Shown here: piece by piece, positions 48,101 to 62,195 of the stretch | How the letters are laid out: the number at the start of each line of letters is the position of its first letter | Numbering within the stretch: position 1 is the first letter of the stretch | NCBI RefSeq assembly: GCF_009914755.1 | Contig: NC_060944.1 | Length of the DNA stretch: 64,000 nucleotides | Strand: one strand, 5' to 3' | From: the human T2T-CHM13v2.0 reference genome, Homo sapiens | Position numbers and translations under genes: made by a program | The notes under the pieces: generated by a model | What the model was told of the DNA's origin: nothing | The model's database searches: none | The model's input: only the letters and a program-made list of their open reading frames with translations

Positions 48101-51100
48101 AACTTATCTGTGATGTATGTACTCAACTAACAGAACTAAACCATCGTTTTGAAGGAGCAGTTTTGAAACACTCTTTTTGCGGAATCTGCAAGTGGATATT
48201 TGGCTAGCTGGGAGGATTTCGTTGGAAACGGGAGTACATACAAAAAGCAGAGAGCAGCATTCTCAGAAACTTCTTTGTGATGTTTGCATTCAAGTCACAG
48301 AGTTGAACATTCCCTTTCATAGAGCAGGTTTGAAACACTCTTTTTGTAGTATCTGGATGTGGACATTTGGATCGCTTTCAGGCCTATGGTGAAAAAGGAA
48401 ATATCTTCCCATGAAAACTAGACAGAAGCATTCTCAGAAACTTATTTGTGATGTGTGCCCTCAACTGACAGTGTTGAACCTTTGTTTTGATAGAGCAGTT
48501 CTGAAACACACTTTTTGTAAAATCTGCAAGAGGATATTTGGATAGCTTTGAGGATTTCGTTGGAAACGGGAATGTCTTCATGTAAACTCTGGACAGAAGC
48601 ATTCTCAGAAACTGCTTTGGGATGTTTCAATTGAAGTCCCAGTGTTGAACATTCCCTTTCATAGAGCAGGTTTGAAACACTCTTTTTGTACTATCTGGAA
48701 GTGGACATTTGGAGCGCTTTCAGGTCTACGGTGAAAAAGGAGATATCTTCCAATAAAAACTAGATAGAAGCAATGTCAGAACTTTTTTCATGATGTATCT
48801 ACTCAGCAAACAGAGTTGAACCTTTCTTTTGAGAGAGCAGTTTTGAAACACTCTTTTTGTGGAATATGCAAGTGGGTATTAGGCCAGCTTGGAGGATTTC
48901 GTTGGAAACGGGAATACGTATAAAAAGCAGACAGCAGCATTGTCAGAAACTACTTTGTGATGTTTGCATTCAAGTCACAGAATTGAACACTCCCTTTCAC
49001 AGAGCAGGTTTGAAACACTCTTTTTGTAGTGTCTGTAAGTGAACATTTGGATTGCTTTCAGGCCTAAGGTGAAAAAGGAAATATCTTCCCATAAAAACTA
49101 GACAGAAGCATTCTCAGAAACTTGTTTGTGATGTGTGCCCTCTACTGACAGAGTTGAACCTTTCTTTGCAAAGAGCAGTTTTGAAACACTCTTTTTGTAG
49201 AATCTGCAAGAGGATATTTGGATAGCTTTGAGGATTTCTTGGGAAACGGGAATGTCTTCAGATAAACTCTAGACAGAAGCATTCTCAGAAACTTCTTTGG
49301 GATGTTTCAATTGAAGTCACAGTGTTGAACATTCCCTTTCACAGAGCAGGTTTGAAACACTCTTTTTGTAGTGTCTATAAGTGAACATTTGGCGTGCTTT
49401 CAGGCCTAACGTGAAAAAGGAAATATCTTCCCATAAAAACTAGACAGAAGCATTCTCAGAAACTTGTTCTTGATGTGTCCCCTCTACTGACAGAGTTGAA
49501 CCTTTCTTTGCAAAGAGCAGCTTTGAAACACTCTTTTTGTAGAATCTGCAAGAGGATATTTGGATAGCTTGGAGGATTTCGTTGGAAACGGGTATGTCTT
49601 CAGATAAACTCTAGACAGAAGCATTCTCAGAAACTTCTTTGGGATGTTGCATTCAAGTCACAGAGTAGAACATTCCCATTCATAGAGCAGATTTGAAACA
49701 CTCTTTTTGTAGTATCTGGAAGTGGACATTTGGAGCGCTTTCAGGCCTATGTTGAAAAAGGAAATATCTTCCCATAAAAACTAGACGGAAGCATTCTCAG
49801 AAACTTATTTGTGATGTGTTTGCTCAACTAACAGGATTGAACCATCGTTTTGAAGGAGCAGTTTTGAAACACTGTTTTCGTGGAATCTGCAAGTGGATAT
49901 TTGGCTAGCTTTGAGGATTTCGTTGGAAACGGGATTACATATAAAAAGGAGACAGCAGCATTCTCAGAAACTTCTTTGTGATGTCTGCATTCAATTCACA
50001 GAGTTGAGCATTCCCTTTCATAGAGCAGGTTGGAAACACTCTTTTTGTAGTATCTGGATGAGGACATTTGGAGCGCTTTCAGGCGTATGGTGAAAAAGGA
50101 AATATCTTCCCGTAAAAACTAGACAGAAGCATTCTCAGAAGTTTATTTGTGATGTGTGCCCTCAACTAACAGAGTTGAACCTTTCTTTTGATAGAGCAGT
50201 TTTGAAACACTCTTTTTGTAAAATCTGCAAGAGGATATTTGGATAGCTTTGAGGATTTCGTTGCAAACGGGAATGGCTTCATATAAACTCTAGACAGAAG
50301 CATTCTCAGAAACTTCGTTGGGATGTTTCGATTGAAGTCCCAGTGTTGAACATTCCCTTTTATAGAGCAGGTTGGAAACACTCTTTCTGCATTCCCTGGA
50401 AGTGGACATTTGGAGCGCTTTCAGGACGACGGTGAAAATGGAAATATCTTCCAAGAAAATCTAGATAGAAGCAATGTCAGAAACTTTTATGTGATGGATC
50501 TACTCAGCTAACAGAGTTGAACCTTTCTTTTGAGAGAGCAGTTTTGCAACACTCTTTTTGTGGAATATGCAAGTGGATATTAGGGCAGCTTTGAGGATTT
50601 CGTTGGAAACGGGAATACATGTAAAAAGCAGACAGCAGCATTCTCAGAAACTTCTTTGTGATGTTTGCATTGAAGTCACAGAGTTGAACATTCCCTTTGA
50701 GAGAGCAGGTTTGAAACACGCCTTTTGTCATATCTGGAAGTGTCCATTCGGAGCGCATTCAGGCTTGTGTTGAAAAAGGAAATATCCTCCCATAAAAACT
50801 AGACAGAAGCATTCTCAGAAACTTATCTGTGATGTATGTACTCAACTAACAGAACTAAACCATCGTTTTGAAGGAGCAGTTTTGAAACACTCTTTTTGCG
50901 GAATCTGCAAGTGGATATTTGGCTAGCTGGGAGGATTTCGTTGGAAACGGGATTACATACAAAAAGCAGACAGCAGCATTCTCAGAAACTTCTTTGTGAT
51001 GTTTGCATTCAAGTCACAGAGTTGAACATTCCCTTTCATAGAGCAGGTTTGAAACACTCTTTTTGTAGTATCTGGATGTGGACATTTGGATCGCTTTCAG

Positions 51101-54100
51101 GCCTATGGTGAAAAAGGAAATATCTTCCCATGAAAACTAGACAGAAGCATTCTCAGAAACTTATTTGTGATGTGTGCCCTCAACTGACAGTGTTGAACCT
51201 TTGTTTTGATAGAACAGTTCTGAAACACACTTTTTGTAAAATCTGCAAGAGGATATTTGGATAGCTTTGAGGATTTCGTTGGAAACGGTAATGTCTTCAT
51301 GTAAACTCTGGACAGAAGCATTCTCAGAAACTGCTTTGGGATGTTTCAATTGAAGTCCCAGTGTTGAACATTCCCTTTCATAGAGCAGGTTTGAAACACT
51401 CTTTTTGTACTATCTGGAAGTGGACATTTGGAGCGCTTTCAGGTCTACGGTGAAAAAGGAGATATCTTCCAATAAAAACTAGATAGAAGCAATGTCAGAA
51501 CTTTTTTCATGATGTATCTACTCAGCAAACAGAGTTGAACCTTTCTTTTGAGAGAGCAGTTTTGAAACACTCTTTTTGTGGAATATGCAAGTGGGTATTA
51601 GGCCAGCTTGGAGGATTTCGTTGGAAACGGGAATACGTATAAAAAGCAGACAGCAGCATTGTCAGAAACTACTTTGTGATGTTTGCATTCAAGTCACAGA
51701 ATTGAACACTCCCTTTCACAGAGCAGGTTTGAAACACTCTTTTTGTAGTGTCTGTAAGTGAACATTTGGATTGCTTTCAGGCCTAAGGTGAAAAAGGAAA
51801 TATCTTCCCATAAAAACTAGACAGAAGCATTCTCAGAAACTTGTTTGTGATGTGTGCCCTCTACTGACAGAGTTGAACCTTTCTTTGCAAAGAGCAGTTT
51901 TGAAACACTCTTTTTGTAGAATCTGCAAGAGGATATTTGGATAGCTTTGAGGATTTCTTGGGAAACGGGAATGTCTTCAGATAAACTCTAGACAGAAGCA
52001 TTCTCAGAAACTTCTTTGGGATGTTTCAATTGAAGTCACAGTGTTGAACATTCCCTTTCACAGAGCAGGTTTGAAACACTCTTTTTGTAGTGTCTATAAG
52101 TGAACATTTGGCGTGCTTTCAGGCCTAACGTGAAAAAGGAAATATCTTCCCATAAAAACTAGACAGAAGCATTCTCAGAAACTTGTTCTTGATGTGTCCC
52201 CTCTACTGACAGAGTTGAACCTTTCTTTGCAAAGAGCAGCTTTGAAACACTCTTTTTGTAGAATCTGCAAGAGGATATTTGGATAGCTTGGAGGATTTCG
52301 TTGGAAACGGGTATGTCTTCAGATAAACTCTAGACAGAAGCATTCTCAGAAACTTCTTTGGGATGTTGCATTCAAGTCACAGAGTAGAACATTCCCATTC
52401 ATAGAGCAGATTTGAAACACTCTTTTTGTAGTATCTGGAAGTGGACATTTGGAGCGCTTTCAGGCCTATGTTGAAAAAGGAAATATCTTCCCATAAAAAC
52501 TAGACGGAAGCATTCTCAGAAACTTATTTGTGATGTGTTTGCTCAACTAACAGGATTGAACCATCGTTTTGAAGGAGCAGTTTTGAAACACTGTTTTCGT
52601 GGAATCTGCAAGTGGATATTTGGCTAGCTTTGAGGATTTCGTTGGAAACGGGATTACATATAAAAAGGAGACAGCAGCATTCTCAGAAACTTCTTTGTGA
52701 TGTCTGCATTCAATTCACAGAGTTGAGCATTCCCTTTCATAGAGCAGGTTGGAAACACTCTTTTTGTAGTATCTGGATGAGGACATTTGGAGCGCTTTCA
52801 GGCGTATGGTGAAAAAGGAAATATCTTCCCGTAAAAACTAGACAGAAGCATTCTCAGAAGTTTATTTGTGATGTGTGCCCTCAACTAACAGAGTTGAACC
52901 TTTCTTTTGATAGAGCAGTTTTGAAACACTCTTTTTGTAAAATCTGCAAGAGGATATTTGGATAGCTTTGAGGATTTCGTTGCAAACGGGAATGGCTTCA
53001 TATAAACTCTAGACAGAAGCATTCTCAGAAACTTCGTTGGGATGTTTCGATTGAAGTCCCAGTGTTGAACATTCCCTTTTATAGAGCAGGTTGGAAACAC
53101 TCTTTCTGCATTCCCTGGAAGTGGACATTTGGAGCGCTTTCAGGACGACGGTGAAAATGGAAATATCTTCCAAGAAAATCTAGATAGAAGCAATGTCAGA
53201 AACTTTTATGTGATGGATCTACTCAGCTAACAGAGTTGAACCTTTCTTTTGAGAGAGCAGTTTTGCAACACTCTTTTTGTGGAATATGCAAGTGGATATT
53301 AGGGCAGCTTTGAGGATTTCGTTGGAAACGGGAATACATGTAAAAAGCAGACAGCAGCATTCTCAGAAACTTCTTTGTGATGTTTGCATTGAAGTCACAG
53401 AGTTGAACATTCCCTTTGAGAGAGCAGGTTTGAAACACGCCTTTTGTCATATCTGGAAGTGTCCATTCGGAGCGCATTCAGGCTTGTGTTGAAAAAGGAA
53501 ATATCCTCCCATAAAAACTAGACAGAAGCATTCTCAGAAACTTATCTGTGATGTATGTACTCAACTAACAGAACTAAACCATCGTTTTGAAGGAGCAGTT
53601 TTGAAACACTCTTTTTGCGGAATCTGCAAGTGGATATTTGGCTAGCTGGGAGGATTTCGTTGGAAACGGGATTACATACAAAAAGCAGACAGCAGCATTC
53701 TCAGAAACTTCTTTGTGATGTTTGCATTCAAGTCACAGAGTTGAACATTCCCTTTCATAGAGCAGGTTTGAAACACTCTTTTTGTAGTATCTGGATGTGG
53801 ACATTTGGATCGCTTTCAGGCCTATGGTGAAAAAGGAAATATCTTCCCATGAAAACTAGACAGAAGCATTCTCAGAAACTTATTTGTGATGTGTGCCCTC
53901 AACTGACAGTGTTGAACCTTTGTTTTGATAGAGCAGTTCTGAAACACACTTTTTGTAAAATCTGCAAGAGGATATTTGGATAGCTTTGAGGATTTCGTTG
54001 GAAACGGGAATGTCTTCATGTAAACTCTAGACAGAAGCATTCTCAGAAACTGCTTTGGGATGTTTCAATTGAAGTCCCAGTGTTGAACATTCCCTTTCAT

Positions 54101-57100
54101 AGAGCAGGTTTGAAACACTCTTTTTGTACTATCTGGAAGTGGACATTTGGAGCGCTTTCAGGTCTACGGTGAAAAAGGAGATATCTTCCAATAAAAACTA
54201 GATAGAAGCAATGTCAGAACTTTTTTCATGATGTATCTACTCAGCAAACAGAGTTGAACCTTTCTTTTGAGAGAGCAGTTTTGAAACACTCTTTTTGTGG
54301 AATATGCAAGTGGGTATTAGGCCAGCTTGGAGGATTTCGTTGGAAACGGGAATACGTATAAAAAGCAGACAGCAGCATTGTCAGAAACTACTTTGTGATG
54401 TTTGCATTCAAGTCACAGAATTGAACACTCCCTTTCACAGAGCAGGTTTGAAACACTCTTTTTGTAGTGTCTGTAAGTGAACATTTGGATTGCTTTCAGG
54501 CCTAAGGTGAAAAAGGAAATATCTTCCCATAAAAACTAGACAGAAGCATTCTCAGAAACTTGTTTGTGATGTGTGCCCTCTACTGACAGAGTTGAACCTT
54601 TCTTTGCAAAGAGCAGTTTTGAAACACTCTTTTTGTAGAATCTGCAAGAGGATATTTGGATAGCTTTGAGGATTTCTTGGGAAACGGGAATGTCTTCAGA
54701 TAAACTCTAGACAGAAGCATTCTCAGAAACTTCTTTGGGATGTTTCAATTGAAGTCACAGTGTTGAACATTCCCTTTCACAGAGCAGGTTTGAAACACTC
54801 TTTTTGTAGTGTCTATAAGTGAACATTTGGCGTGCTTTCAGGCCTAACGTGAAAAAGGAAATATCTTCCCATAAAAACTAGACAGAAGCATTCTCAGAAA
54901 CTTGTTCTTGATGTGTCCCCTCTACTGACAGAGTTGAACCTTTCTTTGCAAAGAGCAGCTTTGAAACACTCTTTTTGTAGAATCTGCAAGAGGATATTTG
55001 GATAGCTTGGAGGATTTCGTTGGAAACGGGTATGTCTTCAGATAAACTCTAGACAGAAGCATTCTCAGAAACTTCTTTGGGATGTTGCATTCAAGTCACA
55101 GAGTAGAACATTCCCATTCATAGAGCAGATTTGAAACACTCTTTTTGTAGTATCTGGAAGTGGACATTTGGAGCGCTTTCAGGCCTATGTTGAAAAAGGA
55201 AATATCTTCCCATAAAAACTAGACGGAAGCATTCTCAGAAACTTATTTGTGATGTGTTTGCTCAACTAACAGGATTGAACCATCGTTTTGAAGGAGCAGT
55301 TTTGAAACACTGTTTTCGTGGAATCTGCAAGTGGATATTTGGCTAGCTTTGAGGATTTCGTTGGAAACGGGATTACATATAAAAAGGAGACAGCAGCATT
55401 CTCAGAAACTTCTTTGTGATGTCTGCATTCAATTCACAGAGTTGAGCATTCCCTTTCATAGAGCAGGTTGGAAACACTCTTTTTGTAGTATCTGGATGAG
55501 GACATTTGGAGCGCTTTCAGGCGTATGGTGAAAAAGGAAATATCTTCCCGTAAAAACTAGACAGAAGCATTCTCAGAAGTTTATTTGTGATGTGTGCCCT
55601 CAACTAACAGAGTTGAACCTTTCTTTTGATAGAGCAGTTTTGAAACACTCTTTTTGTAAAATCTGCAAGAGGATATTTGGATAGCTTTGAGGATTTCGTT
55701 GCAAACGGGAATGGCTTCATATAAACTCTAGACAGAAGCATTCTCAGAAACTTCGTTGGGATGTTTCGATTGAAGTCCCAGTGTTGAACATTCCCTTTTA
55801 TAGAGCAGGTTGGAAACACTCTTTCTGCATTCCCTGGAAGTGGACATTTGGAGCGCTTTCAGGACGACGGTGAAAATGGAAATATCTTCCAAGAAAATCT
55901 AGATAGAAGCAATGTCAGAAACTTTTATGTGATGGATCTACTCAGCTAACAGAGTTGAACCTTTCTTTTGAGAGAGCAGTTTTGCAACACTCTTTTTGTG
56001 GAATATGCAAGTGGATATTAGGGCAGCTTTGAGGATTTCGTTGGAAACGGGAATACATGTAAAAAGCAGACAGCAGCATTCTCAGAAACTTCTTTGTGAT
56101 GTTTGCATTGAAGTCACAGAGTTGAACATTCCCTTTGAGAGAGCAGGTTTGAAACACGCCTTTTGTCATATCTGGAAGTGTCCATTCGGAGCGCATTCAG
56201 GCTTGTGTTGAAAAAGGAAATATCCTCCCATAAAAACTAGACAGAAGCATTCTCAGAAACTTATCTGTGATGTATGTACTCAACTAACAGAACTAAACCA
56301 TCGTTTTGAAGGAGCAGTTTTGAAACACTCTTTTTGCGGAATCTGCAAGTGGATATTTGGCTAGCTGGGAGGATTTCGTTGGAAACGGGAGTACATACAA
56401 AAAGCAGAGAGCAGCATTCTCAGAAACTTCTTTGTGATGTTTGCATTCAAGTCACAGAGTTGAACATTCCCTTTCATAGAGCAGGTTTGAAACACTCTTT
56501 TTGTAGTATCTGGATGTGGACATTTGGATCGCTTTCAGGCCTATGGTGAAAAAGGAAATATCTTCCCATGAAAACTAGACAGAAGCATTCTCAGAAACTT
56601 ATTTGTGATGTGTGCCCTCAACTGACAGTGTTGAACCTTTGTTTTGATAGAGTAGTTCTGAAACACACTTTTTGTAAAATCTGCAAGAGGATATTTGGAT
56701 AGCTTTGAGGATTTCGTTGGAAACGGGAATGTCTTCATGTAAACTCTAGACAGAAGCATTCTCAGAAACTGCTTTGGGATGTTTCAATTGAAGTCCCAGT
56801 GTTGAACATTCCCTTTCATAGAGCAGGTTTGAAACACTCTTTTTGTACTATCTGGAAGTGGACATTTGGAGCGCTTTCAGGTCTACGGTGAAAAAGGAGA
56901 TATCTTCCAATAAAAACTAGATAGAAGCAATGTCAGAACTTTTTTCATGATGTATCTACTCAGCAAACAGAGTTGAACCTTTCTTTTGAGAGAGCAGTTT
57001 TGAAACACTCTTTTTGTGGAATATGCAAGTGGGTATTAGGCCAGCTTGGAGGATTTCGTTGGAAACGGGAATACGTATAAAAAGCAGACAGCAGCATTGT

Positions 57101-60100
57101 CAGAAACTACTTTGTGATGTTTGCATTCAAGTCACAGAATTGAACACTCCCTTTCACAGAGCAGGTTTGAAACACTCTTTTTGTAGTGTCTGTAAGTGAA
57201 CATTTGGATTGCTTTCAGGCCTAAGGTGAAAAAGGAAATATCTTCCCATAAAAACTAGACAGAAGCATTCTCAGAAACTTGTTTGTGATGTGTGCCCTCT
57301 ACTGACAGAGTTGAACCTTTCTTTGCAAAGAGCAGTTTTGAAACACTCTTTTTGTAGAATCTGCAAGAGGATATTTGGATAGCTTTGAGGATTTCTTGGG
57401 AAACGGGAATGTCTTCAGATAAACTCTAGACAGAAGCATTCTCAGAAACTTCTTTGGGATGTTTCAATTGAAGTCACAGTGTTGAACATTCCCTTTCACA
57501 GAGCAGGTTTGAAACACTCTTTTTGTAGTGTCTATAAGTGAACATTTGGCGTGCTTTCAGGCCTAACGTGAAAAAGGAAATATCTTCCCATAAAAACTAG
57601 ACAGAAGCATTCTCAGAAACTTGTTCTTGATGTGTCCCCTCTACTGACAGAGTTGAACCTTTCTTTGCAAAGAGCAGCTTTGAAACACTCTTTTTGTAGA
57701 ATCTGCAAGAGGATATTTGGATAGCTTGGAGGATTTCGTTGGAAACGGGTATGTCTTCAGATAAACTCTAGACAGAAGCATTCTCAGAAACTTCTTTGGG
57801 ATGTTGCATTCAAGTCACAGAGTAGAACATTCCCATTCATAGAGCAGATTTGAAACACTCTTTTTGTAGTATCTGGAAGTGGACATTTGGAGCGCTTTCC
57901 GGCCTATGTTGAAAAAGGAAATATCTTCCCATAAAAACTAGACGGAAGCATTCTCAGAAACTTATTTGTGATGTGTTTGCTCAACTAACAGGATTGAACC
58001 ATCGTTTTGAAGGAGCAGTTTTGAAACACTGTTTTCGTGGAATCTGCAAGTGGATATTTGGCTAGCTTTGAGGATTTCGTTGGAAACGGGATTACATATA
58101 AAAAGGAGACAGCAGCATTCTCAGAAACTTCTTTGTGATGTCTGCATTCAATTCACAGAGTTGAGCATTCCCTTTCATAGAGCAGGTTGGAAACACTCTT
58201 TTTGTAGTATCTGGATGAGGACATTTGGAGCGCTTTCAGGCGTATGGTGAAAAAGGAAATATCTTCCCGTAAAAACTAGACAGAAGCATTCTCAGAAGTT
58301 TATTTGTGATGTGTGCCCTCAACTAACAGAGTTGAACCTTTCTTTTGATAGAGCAGTTTTGAAACACTCTTTTTGTAAAATCTGCAAGAGGATATTTGGA
58401 TAGCTTTGAGGATTTCGTTGCAAACGGGAATGGCTTCATATAAACTCTAGACAGAAGCATTCTCAGAAACTTCGTTGGGATGTTTCGATTGAAGTCCCAG
58501 TGTTGAACATTCCCTTTTATAGAGCAGGTTGGAAACACTCTTTCTGCATTCCCTGGAAGTGGACATTTGGAGCGCTTTCAGGACGACGGTGAAAATGGAA
58601 ATATCTTCCAAGAAAATCTAGATAGAAGCAACGTCAGAAACTTTTATGTGATGGATCTACTCAGCTAACAGAGTTGAACCTTTCTTTTGAGAGAGCAGTT
58701 TTGCAACACTCTTTTTGTGGAATATGCAAGTGGATATTAGGGCAGCTTTGAGGATTTCGTTGGAAACGGGAATACATGTAAAAAGCAGACAGCAGCATTC
58801 TCAGAAACTTCTTTGTGATGTTTGCATTGAAGTCACAGAGTTGAACATTCCCTTTGAGAGAGCAGGTTTGAAACACGCCTTTTGTCATATCTGGAAGTGT
58901 CCATTCGGAGCGCATTCAGGCTTGTGTTGAAAAAGGAAATATCCTCCCATAAAAACTAGACAGAAGCATTCTCAGAAACTTATCTGTGATGTATGTACTC
59001 AACTAACAGAACTAAACCATCGTTTTGAAGGAGCAGTTTTGAAACACTCTTTTTGCGGAATCTGCAAGTGGATATTTGGCTAGCTGGGAGGATTTCGTTG
59101 GAAACGGGAGTACATACAAAAAGCAGAGAGCAGCATTCTCAGAAACTTCTTTGTGATGTTTGCATTCAAGTCACAGAGTTGAACATTCCCTTTCATAGAG
59201 CAGGTTTGAAACACTCTTTTTGTAGTATCTGGATGTGGACATTTGGATCGCTTTCAGGCCTATGGTGAAAAAGGAAATATCTTCCCATGAAAACTAGACA
59301 GAAGCATTCTCAGAAACTTATTTGTGATGTGTGCCCTCAACTGACAGTGTTGAACCTTTGTTTTGATAGAGCAGTTCTGAAACACACTTTTTGTAAAATC
59401 TGCAAGAGGATATTTGGATAGCTTTGAGGATTTCGTTGGAAACGGGAATGTCTTCATGTAAACTCTGGACAGAAGCATTCTCAGAAACTGCTTTGGGATG
59501 TTTCAATTGAAGTCCCAGTGTTGAACATTCCCTTTCATAGAGCAGGTTTGAAACACTCTTTTTGTACTATCTGGAAGTGGACATTTGGAGCGCTTTCAGG
59601 TCTACGGTGAAAAAGGAGATATCTTCCAATAAAAACTAGATAGAAGCAATGTCAGAACTTTTTTCATGATGTATCTACTCAGCAAACAGAGTTGAACCTT
59701 TCTTTTGAGAGAGCAGTTTTGAAACACTCTTTTTGTGGAATATGCAAGTGGGTATTAGGCCATCTTGGAGGATTTCGTTGGAAACGGGAATACGTATAAA
59801 AAGCAGACAGCAGCATTGTCAGAAACTACTTTGTGATGTTTGCATTCAAGTCACAGAATTGAACACTCCCTTTCACAGAGCAGGTTTGAAACACTCTTTT
59901 TGTAGTGTCTGTAAGTGAACATTTGGATTGCTTTCAGGCCTAAGGTGAAAAAGGAAATATCTTCCCATAAAAACTAGATAGAAGCATTCTCAGAAACTTG
60001 TTTGTGATGTGTGCCCTCTACTGACAGAGTTGAACCTTTCTTTGCAAAGAGCAGTTTTGAAACACTCTTTTTGTAGAATCTGCAAGAGGATATTTGGATA

Positions 60101-62195
60101 GCTTTGAGGATTTCTTGGGAAACGGGAATGTCTTCAGATAAACTCTAGACAGAAGCATTCTCAGAAACTTCTTTGGGATGTTTCAATTGAAGTCACAGTG
60201 TTGAACATTCCCTTTCACAGAGCAGGTTTGAAACACTCTTTTTGTAGTGTCTATAAGTGAACATTTGGCGTGCTTTCAGGCCTAACGTGAAAAAGGAAAT
60301 ATCTTCCCATAAAAACTAGACAGAAGCATTCTCAGAAACTTGTTCTTGATGTGTCCCCTCTACTGACAGAGTTGAACCTTTCTTTGCAAAGAGCAGCTTT
60401 GAAACACTCTTTTTGTAGAATCTGCAAGAGGATATTTGGATAGCTTGGAGGATTTCGTTGGAAACGGGTATGTCTTCAGATAAACTCTAGACAGAAGCAT
60501 TCTCAGAAACTTCTTTGGGATGTTGCATTCAAGTCACAGAGTAGAACATTCCCATTCATAGAGCAGATTTGAAACACTCTTTTTGTAGTATCTGGAAGTG
60601 GACATTTGGAGCGCTTTCAGGCCTATGTTGAAAAAGGAAATATCTTTCCATAAAAACTAGACGGAAGCATTCTCAGAAACTTATTTGTGATGTGTTTGCT
60701 CAACTAACAGGATTGAACCATCGTTTTGAAGGAGCAGTTTTGAAACACTGTTTTCGTGGAATCTGCAAGTGGATATTTGGCTAGCTTTGAGGATTTCGTT
60801 GGAAACGGGATTACATATAAAAAGGAGACAGCAGCATTCTCAGAAACTTCTTTGTGATGTCTGCATTCAATTCACAGAGTTGAGCATTCCCTTTCATAGA
60901 GCAGGTTGGAAACACTCTTTTTGTAGTATCTGGATGAGGACATTTGGAGCGCTTTCAGGCGTATGGTGAAAAAGGAAATATCTTCCCGTAAAAACTAGAC
61001 AGAAGCATTCTCAGAAGTTTATTTGTGATGTGTGCCCTCAACTAACAGAGTTGAACCTTTCTTTTGATAGAGCAGTTTTGAAACACTCTTTTTGTAAAAT
61101 CTGCAAGAGGATATTTGGATAGCTTTGAGGATTTCGTTGCAAACGGGAATGGCTTCATATAAACTCTAGACAGAAGCATTCTCAGAAACTTCGTTGGGAT
61201 GTTTCGATTGAAGTCCCAGTGTTGAACATTCCCTTTTATAGAGCAGGTTGGAAACACTCTTTCTGCATTCCCTGGAAGTGGACATTTGGAGCGCTTTCAG
61301 GACGACGGTGAAAATGGAAATATCTTCCAAGAAAATCTAGATAGAAGCAACGTCAGAAACTTTTATGTGATGGATCTACTCAGCTAACAGAGTTGAACCT
61401 TTCTTTTGAGAGAGCAGTTTTGCAACACTCTTTTTGTGGAATATGCAAGTGGATATTAGGGCAGCTTTGAGGATTTCGTTGGAAACGGGAATACATGTAA
61501 AAAGCAGACAGCAGCATTCTCAGAAACTTCTTTGTGATGTTTGCATTGAAGTCACAGAGTTGAACATTCCCTTTGAGAGAGCAGGTTTGAAACACGCCTT
61601 TTGTCATATCTGGAAGTGTCCATTCGGAGCGCATTCAGGCTTGTGTTGAAAAAGGAAATATCCTCCCATAAAAACTAGACAGAAGCATTCTCAGAAACTT
61701 ATCTGTGATGTATGTACTCAACTAACAGAACTAAACCATCGTTTTGAAGGAGCAGTTTTGAAACACTCTTTTTGCGGAATCTGCAAGTGGATATTTGGCT
61801 AGCTGGGAGGATTTCGTTGGAAACGGGATTACATACAAAAAGCAGACAGCAGCATTCTCAGAAACTTCTTTGTGATGTTTGCATTCAAGTCACAGAGTTG
61901 AACATTCCCTTTCATAGAGCAGGTTTGAAACACTCTTTTTGTAGTATCTGGATGTGGACATTTGGATCGCTTTCAGGCCTATGGTGAAAAAGGAAATATC
62001 TTCCCATGAAAACTAGACAGAAGCATTCTCAGAAACTTATTTGTGATGTGTGCCCTCAACTGACAGTGTTGAACCTTTGTTTTGATAGAGCAGTTCTGAA
62101 ACACACTTTTTGTAAAATCTGCAAGAGGATATTTGGATAGCTTTGAGGATTTCGTTGGAAACGGGAATGTCTTCATGTAAACTCTGGACAGAAGC
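24130..62195 (+). repeat. Fourteen canonical 16-mer HORs (HOR10-HOR23)
   Basis: Exact 2719-bp spacing throughout, with only substitutions between copies. Confidence 0.97.
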
